Of a DNA stretch of 64,000 nt, positions 12,372-54,230 are shown piece by piece. The position numbers were made by a program, and so were the translations under genes. The stretch lies in contig NIVC01001561.1 in assembly GCA_002269645.1 (NCBI GenBank), positions 204,370 to 268,369 of the forward strand, read 5' to 3'. The notes beneath the pieces are model-generated. The model was not told where the DNA came from and made no database searches. It saw nothing but the letters and a program-made list of their open reading frames with translations. The number at the start of each line of letters is the position of its first letter. The first letter of the stretch is position 1. The stretch is from Macrostomum lignano. Lineage: Eukaryota.

Positions 12372-14041
12372 GTGCAATTGTTTGTTTAGTGTTGTTTGTA
12401 TAAGGTTGGGCCGCCAGTCCAGATCGGCAAATCCTCAGTTGCTGGGTCAGCCTCCCAGATCCTCAGTTGCTGGGTCAGCCTCCCAGATCATCAGTTGCTG
12501 GGCCAGCCTCCCAGATCCTCAGTTGCTGGGTCAGCCTCCCAGATTCTCAGATGCTGGGTCAGCCTCCCAGATCCTCAGTTGCTGGGTCAGCCTCCCAGAT
12601 CCTCAGTTGCTGGGTCAGCCTCCCAGATCCTCAGTTGCTGGGTCAGCCTCCCAGATCCTCAGTTGCTGGGTCAGCCTCCAAGATCCTCAGTTGCTGGGCC
12701 AGCCTCCCAGATCCTCAGTTGCTGGGCCAGCCTCCCAGATCCTCAGTTGCTGGGTCAGCCTCCCAGATCCTCAGTTGCTGGGTCAGCCTCCCAGATCCTC
12801 AGTTGCTGGGTCAGCCTCCCAGATCCTCAGTTGCTGGGTCAGCCTCCCAGATCCTCAGTTGCTGGGTCAGCCTCCCAGATCCTCAGTTGCTGGGTCAGCC
12901 TCCCAGATCCTCAGTTGCTGGGCTACAGCATCCCAGATCCTCAGTTGCTGGGCCAGCCTCCCAGATCCTTAGTTGCTGGGCCAACCTCCCAGATCCTCAG
13001 TTGCTGGGCCAGCCTCCCAGATCTTTAGTTGCTGGGCCAGCCTCCCAGATCCTCAGTTGCTGGGCCAGCCTCCCAGATCCTCAGTTGCTGGGTCAGCCTC
13101 CCAGATTCTCAGATGCTGGGTCAGCCTCCCAGATCCTCAGTTGCTGGGTCAGCCTCCCAGATCCTCAGTTGCTGGGTCAGCCTCCCAGATCCTCAGTTGC
13201 TGGGTCAGCCTCCAAGATCCTCAGTTGCTGGGCCAGCCTCCAAGATCCTCAGTTGCTGGGCCAGCCTCCCAGATCCTCAGTTGCTGGGCCAGCCTCCCAG
13301 ATCCTCAGTTGCTGGGTCAGCCTCCCAGATCCTCAGTTGCTGGGTCAGCCTCCCAGATCCTCAGTTGCTAGGTCAGCCTCCCAGATCCTCAGTTGCTGGG
13401 TCAGCCTCCCAGATCCTCAGTTGCTGGGTCAGCCTCCCAGATCCTCAGTTGCTGGGTCAGCCTCCCAGATCCTCAGTTGCTGGGTCAGCCTCCCAGATCC
13501 TCAGTTGCTGGGCTACAGCATCCCAGATCCTCAGTTGCTGGGCCAGCCTCCCAGATCCTTAGTTGCTGGGCCAACCTCCCAGATCCTCAGTTGCTGGGCC
13601 AGCCTCCTAGATCCGCAGTTGCTGGGGGACTACTCACACAAGTTCTCCATACCGGCATCCCAGAGTCGCAGAGCCCAGCCATACTGCTCATGCATTAACT
13701 AAATTGGCATCCCCACTCCGTGATAGGAGGTGTTCCCCGTGGCCTGGAAGGTGATCAACGACAGTCTGCGTACAGACGCCTGTCTGCACTACCCGCCCTA
13801 CCTCATCGCCCTGGCGGGAATCCACATCGCCTGCCTGGTCTGCGGCAAAGACGCACAGGCCTGGTTCGCGGAACTGTCTGTCGATCTGGACAAGGTGCTG
13901 GAGATTGTCCGCCTGCTTCTGAACCTGTACGAGCTGTTGAAGGGCTTCGACGAGCGGAACCAGATGCCGGCTATCATGGAAAAGATGCCCAGGCCGAAGC
14001 AGGATCTGACTGTACCTGATAACGGCGACGGTCAGGCCTGA
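11844..14041 (+). CDS. CCNC: Cyclin C (Mediator CDK8 module), 2 exons: 11844-12371 and 13727-14041, 280 aa
   Basis: N-terminus MAGNFWQSSHY, plus RQQVIATAT..KRFYARYS, LASKVEE, ECEFLLLE.LDC.L.VYHPYR, WFAELSVD and FDER..M..I..KMP.PK, all match animal cyclin C. Phase-0 intron gtgcaa (12372)...gatag (13726) joins FSQ|EVFPVAW. Confidence 0.95.
12425..13625. repeat. 28-bp minisatellite CCTCCCAGATCCTCAGTTGCTGGGTCAG filling the cyclin C intron
   Basis: About 42 units with a 562/590-bp higher-order duplication. Confidence 0.97.
13727..14041 (+). CDS. CCNC: Cyclin C exon 2
   Basis: Acceptor gatag|GAG GTG TTC; C-terminal cyclin fold; TGA at 14039-14041. Confidence 0.92.
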   Translation, partial: EVFPVAWKVINDSLRTDACLHYPPYLIALAGIHIACLVCGKDAQAWFAELSVDLDKVLEIVRLLLNLYELLKGFDERNQMPAIMEKMPRPKQDLTVPDNGDGQA

Positions 14042-14169
14042 TGTCAGCTGGCGTTGTGCGGCTCATATTGCTTTCAATTACCTGCCTATTGTTCTTATTG
14101 TTGCTGAATACTTTTGATGTTATACGTTATAAACCCGCATGCAATTTGTTTAGATTTCTCTGTTTATTA

Positions 14170-14925
14170 GTGTTGATGTCAGCTTTATCAGCTCCCTCCC
14201 CTATCTCAGCTTCATTATCTTCCCTTCCCCATCTCAGCTTCATTATCTTCCCTTCCCCATCTCAGCTTCATCACCTCCCTCCCCTATCTCAGCTTCATTA
14301 TCTTCCCTTCTCCATCTCAGCTTTATTATCTTCCCTTCCCCATCTCAGCTTCATCAGCTCCCTCCCCTATCTCAGCTTCATTATCTTCCCTTCCCCATCT
14401 CAGCTTCATTATCTTCCCTTCCCCATCTCAGCTTCATTATCTTCCCTTCCCCATCTCAGCTTCATCACCTCCCTCCCCTATATAAGCTTCATCAGCTCCC
14501 TCCCCTATCTCAGCTTCATTATCTTCCCTTCCCCATCTCAGCTTCATTATCTTCCCTTCCCCATCTCAGCTTCATTATCTTCCCTTCCCCATCTCAGCTT
14601 CATTATCTTCCCTTCCCCATCTCAGCTTCATTATCTTCCCTTCCCCATCTCAGCTTCATTATCTTCCCTTCCCCATCTCAGCTTCATCACCTCCCTCCCC
14701 TATATAAGCTTCATCAGCTCCCTCCCCTATCTCAGCTTCATTATCTTCCCTTCCCCATCTCAGCTTCATTATCTTCCCTTCCCCATCTCAGCTTCATTAT
14801 CTTCCCTTCCCCATCTCAGCTTTATCAGCTCCCTCCCCTATCTCAGCTTCATCATCTACCTTAGATTCCCAGCCCCATCATCTCCATTATCTCACCTCAT
14901 CATCTCCCTCCCCTATCTCAGCCTC
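14170..14925. repeat. 28-bp pyrimidine-rich minisatellite ATCTCAGCTTCATTATCTTCCCTTCCCC, 3' of cyclin C
   Basis: Tandem units; 222-bp higher-order repeat marked by tataagcttc at 14481 and 14703. Confidence 0.95.
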
Positions 14926-15215
14926 CTCTTCCTGCTGCATGGTATTTGTCGTTCATGGCGGTTTTAATTTTGGTTTTATTTTTGTGTCTAAGCAGATAAA
15001 TTATGCTTATTGACATCCGCAGTTTCTTTTCTCCCTCCCTTCAGCGTCTTTCCAAAAATTTATGTTTGCAAGAAAGACTATTGATAATCTAAATTTTATT
15101 GTGCTATGATTAGGGAAAATTCGCATCCTGCTTGTACATATCGTTGTTAATCGATTCGCGTTCTTCATTTTTCTATTATTAAAGCGTGCCATTATGTTTA
15201 TACGGTAATTTGTTC

Positions 15216-15221
15216 AATAAA
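15216..15221 (+). terminator. Candidate cyclin C polyadenylation signal AATAAA
   Basis: First canonical hexamer I noticed downstream of the stop. Confidence 0.35.
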
Positions 15222-15639
15222 TTGCATGCCAACTGCGTGTAAATATGTCTATGTTAGCTTGTAATATTATTGGTTTTTATTCTCTTATTAATTTATTAAT
15301 TAAAATATACTCATACGTTGGCACTGTCTGTGAACGCTTCTAGGCACAAAAAATATTGTCATTAATTGGACTTGCTATGCTATTCATTATTTACTTGGCT
15401 GTAAATTAACAATCGCCCCATATCGTGAGCACATACTGTAAGCAGACACGCATTCATACTTGCGCTCACACGGGGTGTACAGCGGCCCTGACTTTCTAAC
15501 CGTCAGGCAGTGTACAATCTCTGTGCCTTGAGGGTTGGCCCTCATGGGTGCGAATTTTTGTGTACAGGCCCCAAATGAATGCGGCCGCGTGCGGAATTGA
15601 ACCCCAGGAGTCGCATGCCTTTTATTCTTGAGCTGCTCC

Positions 15640-16312
15640 GCCTCCCTCCCAGATCCTCAGTTGCTTGGCCACCCTCTCAGATCCTCAGTTTTTGGTCCAG
15701 GTCCAGTCTCCCAGATCCTCAGCTGCTGGGCGGGGCCACCTTCCCAGTTCCTCAGTTGCTGGGCCAGCCTCCCAGATCCTCAGTTGCTGGGCGGGGCCAC
15801 CCTTCCCAGTTCCTCAGTTGCTGGGCCAGCCTCCCAGATCCTCAGTTGCTTGGCCAGCCTCCCAGATCCTCAGTTGCTGGGCTACCCTCTCAGATCCTCA
15901 GTTTCTGGTCCAGGTCCAGTCTCCCAGATCCTCAGTTGCTTGGCGGGGCCACCTTCCCAGTTCCTCAGTTGCTGGGCCAGTCTCCCAGATCATCAGTTGC
16001 TGGGCCACCCTTCCCAGATTCTCAGTTGCTGGGCCACCCTTCCCAGATCCTCAGTTGCTGGGCCAGCCTCACAGATCCCCAGTTGTTGAGCCAGCCTCAC
16101 AGACCCTCAGTTTCTGGGCCAGCCTCCCAGATCCTCAGTTTTTTTGGTTACCCTTAACAGATCCTCAGTCGCTGGGCCAGCTTCCCAGATCCTCAGTTGC
16201 TGGGCCACCCTTCCCAGATCCTCAGTTGCTTGGCGGGGCCACCTTCCCAGTTCCTCAATTGCTGGGCCACCCTTCCCAGATCCTCAATTACTGGGCCAGC
16301 CTCCCAGATCCT
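15640..16312. repeat. Second array of the cyclin C intron 28-bp family, with variant units
   Basis: Contains the identical unit cctcccagatcctcagttgctgggccag. Confidence 0.93.
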
Positions 16313-17514
16313 AATTGATGTCGCCAAGCCTAAATTGTTCGATTTTAATTTGACACCAAGGTTTAGAACCCAGCATGCCAAAAGACACTAGGGTTTAGAT
16401 GAATAAACTAGAGTTATTTATGTGCAAAAACAGAAACCCTAAGCATGAAGAAATGACGCAGTACATGTATATACTGGCATATTACAGTGGGTTTATGCTA
16501 CTTCAAGTAGGTTATTCAGTAATGACTGAGAAAATTTAATATTGCAGGAAATATTTATTTACTATTAATATTACCTTAACTCGTGATCAAGTGCGAGCGT
16601 ACATTATATGTACCAGTACCATCACTGCTACGTTCGTAGTTCTCGTTAACGGATGCACATAGTGGGCTGTCTTACTTTAATAATTCATTGATTTAACAGT
16701 TGTCAATCAAAAGATGCCGGTCACAATCTAAGAATAATCGAGCTAGAGAAGGGTTGAGGCCCTGCATTGATAAAGGCAATGCCTTTGTTGATTCGCACTG
16801 ATTTCTAGTGCCAGCGCGTGGGAGCCTACTCAGCTGCCTATATACGAGCCAAACTGGAATTATTGGCGAACGAATACATGTAGCAATGAGAGCCGGCTTT
16901 TAGTGCCGTAGTTGACAAAGGAGACTTAATGAGCCATGTGGGTGGGTCACTTAGGCGCTGCATTGAATGTACTTTTGAGCCGCGCAGGAAGCCTTCATTA
17001 TATTTGAATTGTGCAGTGTACTGTGCATTGAACTCAAAAAGACTGATATATAGTCTTTAGGTGTAGTCGTCATCATACACGTACGTATTACGCCAGAAAT
17101 ATGGTTACGAGATTAAAACATAAGTAAGTAGATGTATCAAATCAATAAAGCCTGCGTATTAAACAGCTTAGCTCGAATAATTTGATTTTAAATTGGCCAT
17201 AATTAAATGCTTATGCAGTTAATAATAACTCGGTGTACTTTTTAGGTCAGCAGCAGTGACGCATCTGCCCGGCCGCCACTAGGAAAGATTTTCCCTTGAG
17301 GCTGTTAAACTTTTTCTACTTCCTTCTTTCAATCAAATTTCCCCGCTTCCAGTCACAGTCAAACTACGAGACCCGGAAAAAGGTTTTTTTACATTCAGCC
17401 ACTGAGCAGTCAGCATGCAGCTGCATGGGCTCCTCGCTTTCTGCAAATACGGGAAGAAATCGTTTTCCGCAACTACGGACGTCTTTTTTAATAATACTAA
17501 TACGCTCGTGTGTC

Positions 17515-18790
17515 TCAGTGTCTTGATGTGTGTCAATCTTCACTCAGATGTGTCTCAATCTTCACTCAGATGTGTCTCAATCTTCACTCAAATGTGTCTC
17601 AATCTTCACTCAGATGTGTCTCAATCTTCACTCAGATGTGTGTCAATCTTCACTCAGATGTGTTTCAATCTTCACTCAAATGTGTCTCAATCTTCACTCA
17701 GATGTGTCTCAATCTTCACTCAGATGTGTCTCAATCTTCACTCAGATGTGTGTTAATCTTCAATCAGATGTGTCTCAATCTTCACTCAGATGTGTCTCAA
17801 TCTTCAATCAGATGTGTCTCAATCTTCACTCAAATGTGTCTCAATCTTCACTCAGATGTGTGTCAATCTTCACTCAGATGTGTCTCAATCTTCAATCAGA
17901 TGTGTCTCAATCTTCAATCAGATGTGTCTCAATCTTCACTCAGATGTGTCCCAATCTTCAATCAGATGTGTCTCAATCTTCACTCAGATGTGTCTCAATC
18001 TTCAATCAGATGTGTCTCAATCTTCACTCAGATGTGTCTCAATCTTCACTCAGATGTGTGTCAATCTTCACTCAGATGTGTCTCAATCTTCAATCAGATG
18101 TGTCCCAATCTTCAATCAGATGTGTCTCAATCTTCACTCAGATGTGTCCCAATCTTCAATCAGATGTGTCTCAATCTTCACTCAGATGTGTCTCAATCTT
18201 CAATCAGATGTGTCTCAATCTTCACTCAGATGTGTCTCAATCTTCACTCAGATGTGTCTCAATCTTCAATCAGATGTGTCTCAATCTTCACTCAGATGTG
18301 TCTCAATCTTCAATCAGATGTGTCTCAATCTTCACTCAGATGTGTCCCAATCTTCAATCAGATGTGTCTCAATCTTCACTCAGATGTGTCTCAATCTTCA
18401 CTCAGATGTGTCTCAATCTTCAATCAGATGTGTCTCAATCTTCACTCAGATGTTTCTCAATCTTCAATCAGATGTGTCTCAATCTTCACTCAGATGTGTC
18501 TCAATCTTCAATCAGATGTGTCTCAATCTTCAATCAGATGTGTCTCAATCTTCCTATGTGTCTCAATCTTCACTCAGATGTGTCTCAATCTTCACTCAGA
18601 TGTGTCTCAATCTTCACTCAGATGTGTGTCAATCTTCACTCAGATGTGTCTCAATCTTCACTCAGATGTGTCTCAATCTTCACTCAAATGTGTCTCAATC
18701 TTCAGTCAGATGTGTCTCAATCTTCACTCAGATGTGTCTCAATATTCACTCAGATGTGTCTCAATCTTTAGTCAGATGTGTCTCAATCTA
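17515..18790. repeat. 22-bp minisatellite GATGTGTCTCAATCTTCACTCA
   Basis: About 57 tandem units. Confidence 0.97.
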
Positions 18791-19604
18791 TAGATAATCT
18801 ATAGTCAGATAATCTATCTATTAAATGTCTCAATAGTCTTGAAAGAATTAAATTTAAAAGAATTTTTATTTATTTAACTCTATTGAAGTCAGGTCTTTGT
18901 ATGAAGTGAAAAATGGTTTATATTAATTTCTATTCAGAATTTTGTATGTAAAATATACACACCGGTTCTTCACAGTGAAAGATAAGCGCATATTATTAAT
19001 TGTCTAAATATATTCCATTGGCAAGGTGTGCTGTGTCTGCATCATCGTGAAAGATCCCAGGCCTCCTAGCTTCAGCTAGCCAATGTCGAACCAGGTAAAA
19101 ATTTGGCTCATTTTCCCCTTCTCTGGGATTCCGTTGTCGCCACCGCACTGCACTTTCATTCCCGAACCCCCTGACAGTCCTCAATCTTCGCTGCATCGCC
19201 CCCCGCCATCGGGAAGCAGGGAGAGGGCGCGGCGCAGCCGAGCGGAGCCTTCGAGTCATGTTGAATTAATTTTCCCTCCCCACTGCTGCTTCTGGGGAGC
19301 TGGGGGAGCTCAGACTCGATTGGGAACTGGCCAGCATCTCCGGTGCGACATCCCCAAACTGCCTTCATCACCGCGGCTGCTCTGTCAACGGAAGCGCGAC
19401 TTGCTGGAACAGCTGACGGTCTTCTTGCCTGCATCTGCATTTCTTCCAGGCAAACTACTAAATTGGATTGGTTCGCCCGATCTGAGCTGGCTGATGAGGA
19501 ATAAAGCCATTTTAAAAGTTCTCACCAAGAGAGTTAGGGATGTGAGCTTTTTACATGAATGAAAATATTACTAACCGATTAGAATATAAAGTCGTTATGA
19601 TTTG

Positions 19605-20285
19605 AGGATCTGTGGAGAATTTAAACATCTGTGGGATATAAGGATCTGTGGGATTTGAGGATCTGTGGGATATGAGAATCTGTGGATATAAGGATCTGTG
19701 GGATTTGAGGATCTGTGGGATATAAGGATCTGTGGGATATGAGGATCTGTGGGATTTGAGGATCTGTGGGATTTGAGGATCTGTGGGATTTGAGGATCTG
19801 TGGTATTTGAGGATCTGTGGTATTTGAGGATCTGTGGGATTTGAGGATCTGTGGGATTTGAGGATCTGTGGGATATGAGGATCTGTGGTATTTGAGGATC
19901 TGTGGGATTTGAGGATCTGTGGTATTTGAGGATCTGTGGTATTTGAGGATCTGTGGGATTTGAGGATCTGTGGGATTTGAGGATCTGTGGGATTCGAGGA
20001 TCTGTGGGATATAAGGATCTGTGGGATTTGAGGATGTGTGGGATATGAAGATCTGTGGGATATACATGTAAGGATCTGTGGGTTATAAGGATCTGTCATC
20101 TATGGGATGTAAGGATCTGTGGGTTATAAGGATCTGTCATCTGTGGGATATAAGGATTTTTCATCTGTGGGACAAAAGGATCTGTTGGATATGAGGATCT
20201 GTGGGTTATAAGGATCTGTGGGATATAAGGATCTGTGGGATATAAGGATCTGTGGGATTTGAGGATCTGTGGGATTCTAATATCC
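19605..20285. repeat. 17-bp minisatellite GAGGATCTGTGGGATTT
   Basis: Tandem units. Confidence 0.95.
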
Positions 20286-21174
20286 TGGGGACTCAGTGAT
20301 TTTCCGGGATTCAAGAATCCTAGAATTTATAGGATGTTAGAACACGAAGAAGCTTTGTGCATCCGCGATTATCGGGATTGCAGAATCCGTTTATAAACTA
20401 CTGGGATCATCAGCAATGTAGCGGAGCTTCAAAAGCTTGACAGTGTGGTACAGCCAGCTGCTCAGTTTGATCCTACACGTGCGCCACATCCCCTCTAACC
20501 ACTTTATTCCCCACGGGTGGTATTTGTGTTCGAAGAAAATCGAAAAATGTTTTTTTCTTCTTGTGGTCGGGCTGCATTAGGAGCTATAATTCCACCCTGG
20601 GTACCCGGGGCACTACTCCAGCAATAGTATAATCTATCTCTACACCCCAATCGCAGCGGCCTACGGGTTATACGCTACTGGAGTTACAGATCGTCTGTCC
20701 AAGTAAAGCCCCCTTCTTCCTCTTGCTCCACCCTCTGCCCCCACCCCCCTATCCCCGTACCTCATTCTCATTCGCCTCTGCAGCCCCAGCAGTAGTCTGC
20801 GATTCAAACTCGATTCCCCTGCGACTGGCTGGCTGGTTGCTGGTTGGTCTTGCCCGGCCTTGGCTTCACTTGGTCCACAGAGAGAGAGAGAGAGAGAGAG
20901 AGAAGGGAGTGGAGGAGGTTGCCGGGAAATCGACTTTTTATACATAAAATAAGCGACCGGTCGAGGGAAGACATGATAGCCAGAAATTAACGCCTGGGAC
21001 CTTCTCAGATAATAGATCTCTGCCAAGCCTTCCCCCCTCTCTCCCCACCAAGTTCTCTTCCGCTCCAACCTTTTTATTGGAATATTGCAACTGAGCAATG
21101 CTCTAGTATCAGTTGGCAGAGGTTCTGTAGACTAGCAAAAGCCCTACTGCACTAAGTTAGTTGAAAATTACCCA

Positions 21175-52320
<31,146 letters not shown>

Positions 52321-53509
52321 TAGTGCGTTATAGGAAGCATTTTTTCCGCTAAACTGCTCCCCATAAGTGGAAAGGAAAATTTATTTGAAGACCCATGCGG
52401 AATTCGGATGTCCAGAAGGCGATAGACATTGACTATATCTGCGTGCGCTAAGAAACCGGCCTTCAAATGAATTCCAATAAGGCATTCACCATTCACTCTT
52501 CTATTAGGATATTACAGCATAAGTCTCACATGTAGATCGTATCTGCGTCCATTCTAACCTATAAGCGGCTTATCCATATACTGTAGTTGATGTTCTCATT
52601 GAGCTGGTACCCTGACTCGCTACTGTTCAACAAAAAAACAAATTATTTTTAGTCCGTTTCGACTATTTGTGTCTGTCATATCAAAACCCCCCTAGCCGCA
52701 CTTCTCTACGAGACTGCTTACAGCTTTATTAATTAGTAGTAGTGTATGAGTAGTATATACTGAAAATTTTTATGCATACCCAGTATACTCGCACATTGTT
52801 GTTCTGTGTTCTCATCGTCTCGCTGTTGCTTTTGAGTGCATTATATACGAGCGTAGGTATTTTTACATTGTAACTGGTTTATGAAAATGTAACGATAAAA
52901 GATCAAGCTACTTATAGTAGTTTTTAATGAAGTGCAACTATTGAGACGATAATCTACGATAGAAAAAATTCACGTACCCCAAAAAGTACTTTTGTAGCAG
53001 TTCGCGTTATAAGCTTAAATAAATTTTACAAATTAATTGTGATTGGCCGGATTATTTTTGTCAGCCACTACGAAGTTTCAATCAATTATCAAAAATACTA
53101 CTTGCAAAGGCTCAATTAATAGTAGTGCAATATGCATGTGTATTGAAATATGTTGACGCAAACTGCCCGTTTGGATGCACAATATTGGAAGCTAATAGAA
53201 CTGCCAGGTTACAATTGATAAAAATGCAAGCTCAAACAGATGTAGCAATCGAGCAGGTTATTGCGCTAAAGCCAATAAATATATTCGAACTACAACACTT
53301 CAGCACGATGGTCTACAGCTGGAGGCTACAGATGGCTGAGTACTGGGCTATAGAGAGGCTGCTGCTCAGCGGATGGGAGCTGGTGCGGGTGGAAATTACG
53401 GGGTTGGGATTATATAGTGCCAGTGTTAGAAGGGCGCGGTAGAGGGCGGATAGGAAGGCAGAAGGGAGCTGAAGGGATGGAGCAGATGGGCAAGGGATGG
53501 AGCGGATTG

Positions 53510-53820
53510 GAGGAGCCAGTGGGGTCGGATTAGGGAGAATTAGAGGGAGCAGATTAAGAAGGAAGCGGATTGGGGAGAGAGCGGATTGGGGGAGGCAGCG
53601 GATTGGGGAGAGAGCGGATTGGGGGAGGCAGCGGATTGGGAAGAGAGCGGATTGGGGAGGGAGCGGATTGGGGAGGGAGCGGATTGGGGAGGGAGCGGAT
53701 TGGGGAGGCAGCGGATTGGGAAGAGAGCGGATTGGGGAGGCAGCGGTTTGGGAAGAAAGTGGATTGGGGAGGCAGCGGATTGGGGAGGGAGCAGATTGGG
53801 GAGGGAGCGGATGGAAGCAA
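53510..53820. repeat. 16-17-bp G-rich minisatellite GCGGATTGGGGAG.. just past the MMS19 stop
   Basis: Tandem units. Confidence 0.9.
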
Positions 53821-53861
53821 GGGAGTAGCGGAACAGTACGCAGGTCGAAGTGCAGGGCCGG

Positions 53862-54230
53862 TCAGCCAATTAAAAACCAGGCGTTTCGCGCCTGCGCCGC
53901 GTCGCTGCGCGCCAATCGTTTCGGATCGTTGAGCGCGGCGCCCAGGCGCGAGACAACGTCGGGCTTGTGCGGCAGCAGCTCGGCAGCCGGGAGGCCGCCG
54001 GTGGCCAGCCGGCGCAGCAGACGGGCAGAGGTCCGCCTGGAGTCCAGATCGGCGCCGGGGTCCAGGCAGGCGAGCAGGCGCGGCAGCAGGTCGCCAAGGC
54101 AGCGCGGCGCCATGGCGTTCAGAGCGTCCTGCCGGGAGGCCAGCGTCTCCAGCAGGCGCAGGATTGGCGCGCGCAGACCAGCGTTGGCGCTGTTTGACGG
54201 CCGAAGGTGCAGCATCAGGGCTGGGATCAG
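53862..54230 (-). CDS. MMS19: MMS19 last exon
   Basis: LIPALMLHL...DPKRLARSDAAQARNAWFLIG*; acceptor cttcag|. Confidence 0.92.
   Translation of the reverse strand: MIPALMLHLRPSNSANAGLRAPILRLLETLASRQDALNAMAPRCLGDLLPRLLACLDPGADLDSRRTSARLLRRLATGGLPAAELLPHKPDVVSRLGAALNDPKRLARSDAAQARNAWFLIG

Noticed and set aside
12298-13702. Long ORFs (up to 411 aa) in the cyclin C intron
   Set aside because: They are translations of the 28-bp array in several frames and lie inside a well-defined intron.
14041-14967. 308-aa ORF directly after the cyclin C stop
   Set aside because: Mostly the 28-bp pyrimidine array; no homology or coding bias.
17510-18797. Cys-rich 335-427-aa ORFs
   Set aside because: All three frames of a 22-bp repeat are open; this is an artefact.
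19000-19560. GC-rich segment as upstream PKD (ULD) exons
   Set aside because: No frame resembles the ULD and the candidate donors are poor; function left unassigned.
53510-53820. G-quadruplex array
   Set aside because: G runs are separated by loops of about 10-12 nt and often only GG; not distinctive enough to claim.
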